In this document: one piece after another, positions 51,561 to 64,000 of the stretch
How the letters are laid out: each line of letters starts with the position of its first letter
How positions within the stretch are numbered: the first letter of the stretch is position 1
From: Octopus vulgaris
Lineage: Eukaryota
Assembly (NCBI GenBank): GCA_951406725.2
Contig: OX597841.1
Location: forward strand, 10,664,001 to 10,728,000
Reading direction: 5' to 3'
DNA length: 64,000 nt
Translations under genes and position numbers: made by a program
Notes under the pieces: generated by a model
Told to the model about the DNA's origin: nothing
Databases searched by the model: none
What the model saw: the letters and a program-made list of their open reading frames with translations, nothing else

Positions 51561-54399
51561 CATCATCATCGTTTAACGTCCGCTTTCCATGCTAGCATGG
51601 GTTGGACGGTTCAACTGGGGTCTGGGAAGCCCGAAGGCTGCACCAGGCCAGTCAGATGTGGCAGTGTTTCTACAGCTGGATGCCCTTCCTAACGCCAACC
51701 ACTCCGAGAGTGTAGTGGGTGATTTTATGTGCCACCGACACAGGTGCCAGACGAGGCTGGCAGACGGCCACGCTCGGATGGTGTTTTTTATGTGCCACCG
51801 ACACAGGTGCCAGACGAGGCTGGCAGACGGCCACGCTCGGATGGTGTTTTTTATGTGCCACCGACACAGGTGCCAGACGAGGCTGGCAGACGGCCACGCT
51901 CGGATGGTGTTTTTTATGTGCCACCGACACAGGTGCCAGACGAGGCTGGCAGACGGCCACGCTCGGATGGTGTTTTCTTATGTGTCACCGACACAGGTGC
52001 TAGACGAGGCTGGCGGACGGCCACGCTCGGATGGTGTTTGTTACGTGCCCTCAGCACGGAGGCCAGTCATTGCGGTACTGGCTACGGTCACGTTCGGATG
52101 GTTTTCTTATGTGCCACCGGCACTGGTACCACAAGGATACAAATTCCATTGATGTTCATCTATTTTGATTTGGTTCGATTTGATTTGATACGATTCGATT
52201 CTCACTTGCCTCAACAGGTCTTCACAAGTGTCACAAGAAGGAAGGTATGCACAGGTGGACTGACTACGTCCCAGGTAGGGGCCACGGATTATGGCTTCAC
52301 TAGTCTTGCCGGGTCTTCTCACGCACAGCATACTTCCATAGGTCTCGGTCTCTAGTCATTTCCATGGTGAGACCTAACGTCCGAAGGTCGTGCTTCACCA
52401 CCTCGTCCCAGGTTTTCCTGGGTCTACCTCTTCCACGGGTTCCCTCAACTGCTAGGGATTGGCACTTTCTCACACACCTCTCTTCATCCATTCTCGCCAC
52501 ATGACCATACCAGCGCAATCGTCTCTCTTGCACACAACAACTGATGCTTCTTAGGTACAACATTTCTCTCAAGGTACTAACGCTCTGTCGAGTAAGTACA
52601 CTGACATTACACATCCATCGGAGCATACTGGCTTCGTTCCTCACGAGCTTACGCATGTCCTCAGCAGTCACGGCCCATGTTTCACTGCCATGTAGCATAG
52701 CTGTTCGTACACATGCATCATACAGTCTGCCTTTTACTCTGAGCGAGAGGCCTTTAGTCACCAGCAGAGGTAAGAGCTCCCTAAACTTTGCCCAGGCTAT
52801 TCTTATTCTAGCAGTTACACTTTCAGCGCACCCACCCCCACTACTGACTTGGTCACCTAGATAGCGGAAACTATCAACTACTTCTAGTTTTTCCCCCGGA
52901 AAGTGACAGAAGTTGTTTTCTGCAGATTTTCGGAGGTCAGTGCTCCAGAGCACCTGCCACATACAAAAACTATCTTCCCAGTTAGCCTACCTTTGACATT
53001 GCTGCACCTCTTATGTGTCCATAGCTTACACTGGGTACATCTTATAGAGTTTCTACCTACACCTTTTCTACAGATCGAGCAGGGCCATCTTCCTGATGAT
53101 ATTTGTGGGTTTTCTACCTTTCTACTTATTAGTACTTTGGTTTTAGCTAGGTTGACTCTAAGGCCCCTCGATTCTAAACCCTCCTTCCACACCTGGAACT
53201 TCTCCTCCAGTTCTGATAGTGACTCAGCGATTAGAGCGAGGTCGTCAGCATAGAGGAGCTCCCAGGGCAACCTGTCTTGAATTCCTCCGTTATTGCCTGG
53301 AGGACTATGATAAATAGGAGGGGCTGAGTACTGAACCCTGGTGGACCCCAACCTCTACTTTGAATTCTTCTGTGTACATGTTGCCAACTCTAACCTTACT
53401 TACGGCATCTCTGTACATGGCTTGCACAGCCCTCACCAGCCATTCATCTATCCCTAGTTTCCTCATTGACCACCAGATGAGGGATCGGGGGACCCTATCA
53501 AAGGCTTTCTCCATGTCAACAAAAGCCAGGTACAGGGGCTTATCCTTGGCTAGGTATTTCTCCTGCAGCTGCCTTACCAGGAATATAGCATCAGTGGTGC
53601 TTTTCCCTGGGACAAACCCAAACTGCATCTCATCTAAACTAACTCTCTCTCTAATTAGTTGGGCTAAGACCCTCTCCGTAACCTTCATTACCTGATCCAA
53701 CAGCTTGATACCTCTGTAATTATTTGTATCCAGGGCATCACCTTTACCTTTGTAGCAGTTGACTAGTATGCTGCTACACCAGTCATTGGGAATGACTCCT
53801 TCGTGTATCACCTGGTTGACTATACGGGTGACTAGGTTATAGCCGACACTGCCAGATATTTTGAGCATCTCTGCAGTAATTCCTGATGGGCCTGGGGCTT
53901 TCCCTGTCTTCATGCTTCTAATTGCCTTAGCTACCACGGAACTATCAACTCGGATAGCTGGTCCCTCTGTTGGGTCAACATTTGGCAGACTCTCTTTATC
54001 CCATTCATTTTCTTTATTCAGCAAACTTTCATAGTGGCATCTCCAAACCTCTCTCTTTGCATCCTCATTTAGCGCAAGTGAACCATCATCCATGCGAACA
54101 CACTTCTCTCCTACCACATCACGATTCTCTCTCACACACTGTCTTGCAACACGAAATACCTCAAGTCTTTCATCCTCACGGCTCAGAACATTGGCAAATT
54201 TTTTCTTATCCGCTTCCCCTCTGGCTATATAAACCTGTCTCCTAGCTTCCCTTTTGGCTGTCTGATACAATTCCCTGCTACCACCGTTCTTCCAGTCCTT
54301 CCAAGCCTGTCTCTTTTGTCTAATAGCCCCGTCAACCACCGTGTTCCACCACCATGTTACTCTGGGTCGAGATGGTACTTTGCTCCATCCACAGATCTG

Positions 54400-54400
<1 letters not shown>
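51561..54400 (-). mobile_element. Young RTE-clade LINE, 5'-truncated, nearly intact RT ORF
   Basis: ORFs 53305..54534, 52884..53351 and 52300..52962 join via two -1 frameshifts; YRGIKLL, QFGFVPG, FVDMEKAFD, HQGSVLSP, LYADD, internal C-x2-C..W-x-H-x2-C finger; 63-bp UTR repeats at 51724-52070; (GAT)n tail. Confidence 0.95.
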
Positions 54401-54434
<34 letters not shown>

Positions 54435-54584
54435 GTAATGAATTAAAAGCAACTCTAATGTTGTAAACATTATTGGTTGCACATATTCCATGTATGTGTT
54501 TTGTTTGTTTGCCAGAGTCACTGCAGCATAGCACTTGGGGATGACTCCCTCATAGCACTGGTTGCTAAAACACTTAAAGGTCAT

Positions 54585-55470
54585 ACACTGAGTCTTCTTC
54601 CATCTTGGTTTTGGCCTGTAGCCTCCCCAGATTAAAGAGTCTGCCATCAGTAGTGAATATGATCTTGATGCTGGTTTTATCATCATTGCAGAAGCATCCA
54701 ACAGCATGGCTGAGTACCTCATGCTGAATAGCATAGGTGCAAGTACACAGCCCTTCTTGACTTCATGAGTGACTGGGAATGTGTCAGAGGAAGAAACTCC
54801 TTGATCCAGTACTTGAGCAAGCATGTTGTTGTGAAACTGACACACCATACTGGTGAATTTGTCCAGGCAGCCAAATCACTGTAGGTGAGGAGAGGTATTC
54901 GGCTGGTCACCAAGGTAAAGGTGTATGAAGCAGCTTTACTGCCTATGCTATTGTATGCCTGTGAGATTTGTATGGTTTAGATATGTCACACCGAAAAGCT
55001 AAATTGCTTTGATATCACTGCCCTAGAAAGTTGTTGGAAATCACCTAGTTAGACAAGTCAAAAGTTGAGACCCATCTTGTTCAAATGCCTGACATGCAAC
55101 TCCCTCAGAGATTGGTTTACAGTGACCTGACAGAAGGCAAGTGCATGCAAGGTGAACAGAAAAAGTGCTTCAAGGATACACTGAAGAGCTTTCAGATCAA
55201 CACTGGTACCTGGGAAATACAAGCTCAAGACTGCCCTGCCTGACTACACCAACAGAAGTACCACCTCCTACAAACAGAACAGGATTGTGAGGGCATGGTG
55301 AAAATGCATACAATGCAGAGCCAACTCTTTACTTTCAGCCCCAGCAGACTTCCAGTGCCCGATTTGTGGAAGAGCCTTCTGAGCATGCATCAGACTGAAT
55401 GGCCACGGCCAAACACTGTGATCCATCTTCTAGTCTCAAGAGATACCCTTGGTCATTGTCAATAATGGTG
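54585..55470. mobile_element. BovB-like RTE fragment with inverted 5' segment (54585-54880 on -, 54885-55470 on +)
   Basis: Minus: FPVTHEVKKGCVLAPMLFS..GRLFNLGRLQAKTK; plus: RRGIRLVTKVKVYEAALLPMLLYACE..QKKCFKDTLK. Confidence 0.7.
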
Positions 55471-55599
55471 GATTAGTTGTATATGTATATCATTATCATC
55501 ATCATCATCATCACCATCTCAGTTGTGGTCGATGATTGGACATCTGGTCATTGGTGTCTGACATTAAGAAAAAGACAATTTCATTCACAATCCTCAGAG

Positions 55600-56515
55600 G
55601 TGCAAATAATCGTATTTTGCAAGTTAGAAGGCCTGATTTAGTAGTAGTAGATAAGGAGAATAGAAAGTGCTAGATAATTGACTTTACAGTTCCAAATGAT
55701 GAAAAAATCAATATGAAAGGTATAGAAAAACAGCAAAGTATTAGAACCTAGCCATTGAATTACAGAGACTATGGAAAGTGCTGGTAAAATGTATTCCAGT
55801 ACTTATAGGTGCATTAGGAAATATCTCTAAATATTTGAAAAGATGAATAGAGGAAATAGGTATAAAACCCAGTTTAGTACAGTTGCAGAAAATAGTATTA
55901 TTAGGGACAGCTAGGATACTTAGAAGGGTTCTTGGCATCTAAGGTTACGTATTGTAGCCCAATGTTAGGATTTTTTCTTCTCCAACAGTCTAATGTGTTG
56001 TGTGTATATGAATAATGATAATGGTGATAATGAAGTATTCAAAGTGTGGGGCATGAAGGTAAAAATAATACCAATAATAACTGGAGCATTGGGCATGATA
56101 AAAAAACATATGAACAAAAGTGTAGAAGCTATACCTGGATCCTCAACACTACACACTTTTTAAAAAATAGCCCTACTAGGAACAGCCCACATTCTATGCA
56201 AGACACTATCAATCCAATAATACAACCTAAACAAAACAACCTACAAATACAAGACACACTCTATACATCATTTACCCAGTGAAATATACTTCCACCAGCA
56301 AGCTAAAACAGCCAAAGCACTACACACTCAACACATAATATAAGCAGTAACACAACAGAAGACAGCACCACATCTCAAGGGAAAAAAAGGTAATACAGTA
56401 GAGTACTGGGAAGATGCACACTCCCAACAGCAGAAAAGAACATACAATGCTGCAACCCCCAGCAACACAGCAGTGTAGCAGGTGACGCAGTAGAAATTTG
56501 TCTCAATCTAACAAA
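55600..56515 (+). mobile_element. Two consecutive R4/Dong-type 3' fragments
   Basis: RRPDLVVVDKENRKC..IDFTVP..IPVLIGALG..LLGTARILRRVL; second: WGMKVKIIPIITGALGMI..LLGTAHIL. Confidence 0.75.
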
Positions 56516-56529
56516 TATTGAACAATTAT

Positions 56530-56685
56530 ACGACGACGACGACGACGACGACGATGATGATGATTTTGATGAGGATGAGGATGATGATGAGGATGAGGAT
56601 GAGGATGATGATGAGGATGATGATGGTGGTGATGATGATGATGACGACGACGACGACGACGACGATGATGGTGATGATGATGATT
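56530..56685. repeat. Compound (GAC)n/(GAT)n/(GATGAG)n microsatellite
   Basis: Direct reading. Confidence 0.95.
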
Positions 56686-57044
56686 TATTTTATAATTATT
56701 TTATGAATTTAATAGGACTTCATCAGCAAAAGTTAAGTTTTGTTTTTAAGAAATTTGCATTTTGGCTTACCTACCTGCTTCTTTAAAAGATATTCTATAG
56801 AATACTTTTCAAAGTTTGTGATGCATAAGAAATGCCAACTATATTTTAGAAATGAAATTCAAGAGCAGCATCCAAGAAACTGAATATAAGCTGAAAGGAA
56901 ACAATCTGTTCAGTGGTTAAGTCAATCATCTCGAGTTAAAGGTAATGAAAAAGCTGAAAAACATTATATCTTAATAAGTTAGCCTTGATTGAACAGACAT
57001 TTTACCAAAGGCATTCTAGTTATGATCTTTTCATCCTTTCCCTG

Positions 57045-57332
57045 TGTTGTGGCGAGAGTCATGACACCCCCTGTGAGAACAGACTCGACTGAACGACTAT
57101 AAATAATAGGGGTCAGAATGAGAGAGAATAGGCGTTAATTGCAGAAAGTCGTAAAGTGTCATTTGGAGAGTTTGTCAGAATATCATTTGTTGATTCATTT
57201 ATAGTTTGTGGAGCACTTGTTGTATTGTTAGGTTGTGACCCTGCTTCATTACATATTTATTGTTACTACATAGTTATAGTGTAAACAAGTATCATTATAA
57301 ATAGTGGCAATGCTACAATAATTGACAACGAG
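57045..57332 (+). mobile_element. Possible LTR with decayed primer-binding site
   Basis: TGT..ACA ends (57045, 57317), internal tataaata, then tgacaacgag resembling the Gypsy-type tggcgacgag; no internal ORF seen. Confidence 0.35.
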
Positions 57333-60300
57333 TAACTAAGTTAGAGATTCCTTGTTTTTAGATGCTACAGTATTGTTTAGCCATTTCTTTAAACAAACTT
57401 CGCCTTTAAGTATGAGGAAAAGATGAATTTAGTTAGACAGACAAATTATTAAGAGACCATGTTGCAAAAAAGTAAGATATTAAGTGGTCAACCATCAAGA
57501 ACAATTCGTTCTACATAAATGCAGCCATAGGTACTCATAATCAGTTCAGGTAAAGGTTTTGGAGAAAAGTTCCTAACATAAAAGCAGAGCCTAGAATGAA
57601 AGGGCCTAAAGGTTACTTTGGCAAAAATGAAATTTTTAGCTTGCAGAAAATAAAACAAAACACTACTCCAAACTGGATGTAGCCACACTCATTATGTAGA
57701 AAGGGAGCCAGTAAACACTCTATACTATATAACCAATGTAAACAATAAGTACACAAAAGGTACAAGACAGGCTTATAGAGAAAGGGATTTCCTTCATAAA
57801 AGCACTCCCAAGAAATAAAGGAAATTTCTCAAGTTTGATAATAGTCGGTATCTTCCGTAACTTAACTGTCTTAATCAGCATTAGAAATGAGTGTTGTGAA
57901 AGCATAATAGGTGGAGTAAGGATAGGTTATAAAAGTCCAGGGAGCAACTGCCTTTGTTGACAACAGAGAGGTTCTCCCTGTGGATGCTAAATGTCCGGAA
58001 AGAAATGCATCAGGTATATTCCAGTTGTATAGACAACATGCATAACATCATCATCATCGTTTAACATCCACTTCCCATGCTGGCATGGGTAGGACAATTT
58101 GATAGGAGCTGGCGAGGCAGAATCCTGCACCAGACTTCTGTTACTGTTTGGGCAGGATTTTTACAGCTGGATGCCCTTCCTAACACCAACCACTCACCAG
58201 AGTGGGCTTAGTGATTTTTACATGGCACAAGCACAGGCAAGGTTTGGATGCCCTTACAAATGCTAACCATTTTTCAGTGTAGACTGGATGCTTTTTAAGT
58301 GGCCAAGAGGACAGGATTGGGAAGTGGAAGGTAAGCATAGTGTATGAAGTGGAAATGCAAGGAAGAGAAGAGATGTAGAAATGTGGTTTAGTTTGTTGTG
58401 GTAAGGTGTGAGAGAAGTTTTCTTGTTAACTTTGGTGTGACACAACACTTCTAGGACTCAGTTTCACTAACATCCTGAGATCGGTCCTTACTACTTCATT
58501 TCATGACTTCTTGGGTCTCCCTTTTCTGCAGATACCATCCACTTGCAGTGATCTGCACTTCTTTATGCAGAATTGTGCAGACAGAAAAACTAAGCATCAG
58601 AGGCATTCACTGTGGTGTGCAAGTGAGAAGACTGTGTTATCATTCTACCCAATACCTGTATGAAAATGCTGAGAGGCTTTACCATGCAGATGTAAACATC
58701 TCAAGGCCTGTTCTTGTCTCCTATTTAGCAATAAGTGTTTGAATGTAAAAATATGGTACATTTTTCTATGCACAAATCACAACTCTTCATCCTTGTTTTA
58801 TAAGGTATAACCATGCTATTTTTTTCTCATTCTATACTAAAGTTAGCATTTTCATCCTTAAGCAACAAGATGAATGGACTGAAGCTAGTGTTGTTCAACT
58901 TATTTCTATCCTCAAATGAATTTAATTGATTTGCCAGTTTCACCTTAATGCTTGTTGATGCTCCACTTATATGGAAGTAAAAATGATATCCAATACACAA
59001 AAGTGGGGTGCTGAATGGTAGAAGTATATGTTGGAACTTTATCTGACCAACTTTCAACTAAATATCGTTTTAATCACTAGCTTAAAATATTTTCCATTTT
59101 TTTGTTTTTTAAAGTCATTCTAACACATACAGGTACAATAACTTATGTATAACATAAAACTCGCTTTAAAGTGTACCTTCCTTCTGGATTTCATAAACAA
59201 TATATTGACAGAACTCCATCAATATAACAAAATTTGATATTAATTCTATTCAATCTCTTGTAACATAAAGAAAAAGCCTATCAAAACACTAAGATATACT
59301 TTGACCTAATTTAATATATATATATAAAACTCCCAATTTCCTCCTGGAACTGATGTTAATTAGCCGGCAGCCTAAAGATAAACTTTATAGCCATATCAGA
59401 TTTCAACATATCCCTCATCACTTCCCTTTATATCTTAAACAGGGGAAAATAAGGAAATAAACTTGCCATGAAAAAATAAATAAACTCAGTTTGCTTCAAA
59501 CTACACTTGTTGAAAGACCCTGAATGAAGGTGCACAGCATATTATGCTGGGTTGCATGTGCATTTGTACATAGTCTGTGGAGCAGAAACCTGTTGGTCAT
59601 TTTAACCAACTAATTATGTATGACCAACTGTAAAATGAAAAGAAAAATTTGATGATGTACCAGTCTCTGTATTTCTTGTAATTGTTTGAAATTTACACTC
59701 CTAATAATATTCATGATCCAGAGGAATGAATCGAGAGTCACCCATCAAAAGAATCAAAGCAAGATTGCTCATACTAAGTGAGCATTGATACTTTATTCAA
59801 TTAGCCATAACCTGAAATATAACTGGGAGCTATTACAGTACCCACCTGGATAATTTATCCCTTACACACTTTCTGTCACACACACACACACACACACACC
59901 CACAAATGTCTATAGAAAACAGATGTTAAATGATGGTGATGATGATGTTTCTTTATCATCATCATCATCATTTAGCATTTGTTTTCCATATGTATGCATG
60001 TCATGATTCAGTTTGATTTCAAGATTTCTTGCCAGTAGAGAGAGAGCTGATTTCTAACCTAGATCATTATATTAGGTTTGTTGTGCTTACATTTTATTGA
60101 GATTTTCACTGGAACATTCCACTAGTACTCTTTTTTTTATTATGAGTGGCTTTGACTTCTACCATACAGTGGGTTTTTATTTCTTTGTCCTTGGGGTTAT
60201 CCTTCTGACAGGTTACATATTAGAGAATATCCTAGCTACAACATCTTATCTTATCGGAAGATAATATTGGGATAATAGTTTCAGACAACTGCTTATGATG

Positions 60301-61044
60301 TGGGTGATGTCTTTGGTGTCAACTCACAAGGTCTGCATGGTTTGTCATGGTTTCCCACATCTCTATCCATTTTGTGCATCAGGTACTTCGTTGATGTTTC
60401 CTGTTCCAGGATTGCAAACGCATCCCCTTCAAAGTGGAAGGTCATAACCCGGCTGTTGGTCAATGATAGACTGCTTTGATGATCAATGTTACTATCATCT
60501 CAGAGCTTTCTACTAACATATACATGCATAGTTTTCTGCTCATATATGCTCATCTTTGCATGTATGTACGTACACATGTATGTATGTATATGTGGTATAG
60601 TATATATGTGTCATTATGAAATTGAATTGAAAGTATTTTAGAAAGCCAACACTGATCTAGCTTGTTATAAAAGAGTGTAAACAAAAGCAAACTCAAAAAA
60701 CTTCAGCTTTTGCCTTATATTTCAATATTTCAGTCTTAAAAAGCCTTTGTCGAAGTATTTGTAAAGACCAAAGCTAAACTCAATCAATTTCTCTTTATAA
60801 AGCTTAACTATTGAAATACAAGGTAATTCTTAGTGGAAATATAAGGAAGATGCTTAATGTTTGAGGATCTATTCCTTATTTTACTACATATATTGTTTTT
60901 ACATATTTCATTCCATACATAGGCAGCCTTGGCACTGATTGGTAGGGCTGATTCATAAATAGATAAATTCCTGCAGGTAGCTTTCTCATGAAAGAAAGAA
61001 TTAATGCACCATTCTTCCTATGACTTCAAATCAGAAATAGATGG

Positions 61045-61079
<35 letters not shown>

Positions 61080-61769
61080 TTATATAAAGAAAGAAGAGAG
61101 AGTGGGGGGAGCTGGTATTATCAGGATGTTTCATTTCAAAGTCTGTATTTCTTTATACAGTTGAACAAGATATATGTTTTCCTTTGCATGAGAAGTCAGC
61201 ATGAGTTATCTACAAATCTGGCTAAGGAAGTTCAAGAGTGACTGGAGCTAAGTGCTCTCACACTTTCTTATATGTCATGGATAGGATTTTACATAGTATT
61301 TATGATTAACATAATTTTGGTATGGTTTTTCAAATAACTAACTACTTTGTATCATAGTGTATACTATCATGTCAGTGACACTAGAAAGCTGGTCTTTCTG
61401 GTTTCTTCTACACTGTAACACTTTTTCATTTAGAGGTTACTGCTCTCCTAGTAAAGTTGTTGTCGTTCCAGCTTGCAAATTTCTTGCCTCTTACATGTCT
61501 AGTCTAGAAATCTTTTCATTAAATGTTAGGTTTGTTCATGTTTCCCACTTTGTAGGTGGATCTCCCTACTGCAGCTGTGAAATCACATCCTTCTATGACT
61601 TCCACCATTTACCTAGCATCGTTATCATAGTATTTATTTATCTAGCTTATGTGCCACACTATGAGACTGAACCCAAGACCATGTGGTTGAGAAGCAATCT
61701 TCTCAGCCACACAGCCATCATTGGGCCTTAATCACACTTGTGCTCTGTGTTATCATATATGATATAAAT

Positions 61770-62376
61770 CATCCGAACGTGGCCGTAGCCAGTACCGCAT
61801 AGACTGGCCTCCGTGCTTTGGGGACGTAACAAACACCATCCGATCGTGGCCGTCCGCCAGCCTCATCTGGCACCTGTGTCGGTGGCACATAAAAACACCA
61901 TCCGAGCGTGGCCGTCGCCAGCCTCGTCTGGCACCTGTGTCGGTGGCACATAAAAACACCATCCGAGCGTGGCCGTTCGCCAGCCTCGTCTGGCACCTGT
62001 GTCGGTGGCACATAAGAACACCATCCGAGCGTGGCCGTTCGCCAGCCTCGTCTAGCACCTGTGTCGGTGGCACATAAAAACACCATCCGAGCGTGGCCGT
62101 CTGCCAGCCTCGTCTGGCACCTGTGTCGGTGGCACATAAAAACACCATCCGAGCGTGGCCGTTCGCCAGCCTCGTCTGGCACCTGTGTCGGTGGCACATA
62201 AAATCACCCACTACACTCTCGGAGTGGTTGGCGTTAGGAAGGGCATCCAGCTGTAGAAACACTGCCAGATCTGACTGGCCTGGTGCAGCCTTCGGGCTCC
62301 CCAGACCCCAGTTGAACCGTCCAACCCATGCTAGCATGGAAAACGGACGCTAAATGATGATGATGATGATGATGAT
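61770..62376 (+). mobile_element. Young RTE LINE 3' UTR with about 61-bp tandem repeats (x 6-7) and (GAT)n tail
   Basis: Near reverse complement of 51561-52100. Confidence 0.92.
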
Positions 62377-62749
62377 ATATATAATTATTTTGAATGAAAC
62401 ATAAATTATTTCCTCTTTTCTATGACATATTTAATTATAGATACCACTTTCTTATTGTTAATAACATTAAAGAATAATCCAAAAACTAAATGTATGTGTG
62501 GATACTGTTTTCTGTTTTTGGTTGGGGTTGTAGCATTGATAGGTGCATGGCAGTAGTGATCATTCATGTCTATGATAATGTGTTTGATTGACAGTATTCA
62601 AAGAGGAATCAGATAAAAAATTTAAAGAAAACAAAAAATGATTGTATGAAAATCATATATTCTATTGGTTAAAATAATTACAGTAATTTAGTGTTACGGA
62701 CATGCTCTTCTTGTAACTCTAATCTGTTACCATGACCATTTCTGCAACC

Positions 62750-62847
62750 GAAACCACCACCATTACTACTACCATTGCTACTCCTCTTCTTACTACTACT
62801 ACTTCTACCATCAATACTACTACTACCAGTACCTCCACTACCTCTAT

Positions 62848-62879
<32 letters not shown>

Positions 62880-62880
62880 A
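62750..62880. repeat. (TAC)n/(CAC)n microsatellite
   Basis: Direct reading. Confidence 0.9.
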
Positions 62881-64000
62881 AAATTTTAAAAACATTAGTA
62901 ACTTTCAAAGTTTGGCACAAGGCCAGCATTTTTAAGGGGAGGAAAAAATGTAAATTACATTCACCCCTATAATTGGTACTTAATCAAACTTAAAGCAATG
63001 AAAAGCAAAGTTGATTCAGGCAAGATTTGAACTCAGAACATAAAGTATGAACAGAAGTATCACTGATCATTTTTTCCATGTTCTTATAATCCTGCTCTTA
63101 ATGATAATAGTTTCAACTTTTAGTACTTTTAGTGGGTAGGACAAGTTGATTACATTATCCCTCTACTAAATTAGTATTTTATATTATTGACCCCAAAAAG
63201 ATGAAAGGCAAAGCTGAGTTCAGTGGTATTTGAATTCAGAATGTAGAGCCAGAAGAAATACCACAAAGCTTCTTGTCCAACACAGCAATGATCCTGCCAG
63301 CTCATGCCCTTATAATAATAAGGTTAAATGTCTCAAATTTAAACATAAGGCCAGCAATATTTAGGGGGGAGGATAAATCAATTATATCGACCCCAGGGTT
63401 CAACTAATACTTATTTTATCAAGCCTTCTCCCCTCCCTCTAAGGATCAAAGGCAGTCAATCTTCACAGAATTTTAACACAACATAAAGATGAAGAAAATG
63501 CTGCAAAGCATTTTGTCTAGCATACTAATGATTTTTGTCACCTCACTACCTTAATAATAATTATTATTATTGTTGTTGTTGTTGTTGTTGTTATAATGTC
63601 TATCAAATTTTGCACAAATGCAACAATTTTTGGATTGAGGGGATGAGTCAAGTTGACTTCAGTGGGATTAGAACTCAGAATGTAAAGAATTGGAAGCAAT
63701 ACCAAAAAGAATTTAGTTGTATAGTTTCTTTTTTGTTTATGAAACATGTGTAAGGTGGTACGAATTAAATAGTTTATACACAAACTTTCTTGTTTTGTCA
63801 TGTGTATATATTCTGTGACATACCCAACTGTGGATTCCTAACAATGCATGGTTAATAATGTAACTTCTTGTGGTCTCCCATTAGATACACACATGGCACA
63901 AAACTACCTCCCTCAATACTACTCCCTCCTCTGTTGAGGGTTTTTGTCTTGTAAAATACTTTGTGATTTCACCAGGGCTGCTGTCACATAAAAGGCACCT

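Noticed and set aside
51724-52070. Regular 63-bp repeats (also 61800-62205) as a CRISPR-like array
   Set aside because: No unique spacers, no cas genes, eukaryotic context; they are part of the LINE 3' UTR
56716-56731. Possible next microexon (aatag|GACTTCATCAGCAAAA|gttaag, giving E-T-S-S-A-K)
   Set aside because: Phase fits, but the donor and polypyrimidine tract are weak; needs RNA evidence
60734-60764. Possible terminal coding exon (tttcag|T CTT AAA AAG CCT..TAA, giving DLKKPLSKYL*)
   Set aside because: Phase-compatible but not distinguishable from a chance acceptor in AT-rich DNA

Overview
AT-rich, repeat-dominated animal genomic DNA. The repeat inventory (RTE LINE with (GAT)n tails, tRNA-derived SINEs, Penelope-like elements, long microsatellites) suggests an octopus or other coleoid cephalopod; this is inference, not a database result. 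One host gene is visible on the + strand: a heavily N-glycosylated type I membrane Ig-superfamily protein. It has three phase-1 Ig exons (20108-20356; 25550-25801, ending in a GC donor; 29814-30122), a transmembrane exon (38118-38222) and a probable 19-nt cytoplasmic microexon (48896-48914). Its 5' and 3' ends were not located. The rest is mainly transposon debris: three Penelope-like elements, two Helitron remnants, a Chapaev3-like transposon, two mariners, R4/Dong-type and RTE LINEs (one nearly intact) and SINEs. The most striking non-coding signal is about eight minimal type I hammerhead-ribozyme-like motifs linked to Penelope-type terminal repeats. The best preserved one (51411-51456, same strand as the host gene) lies within two competing inverted repeats about 2.5 kb after the microexon. 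Most ORFs in the supplied track are microsatellite or TE artefacts.
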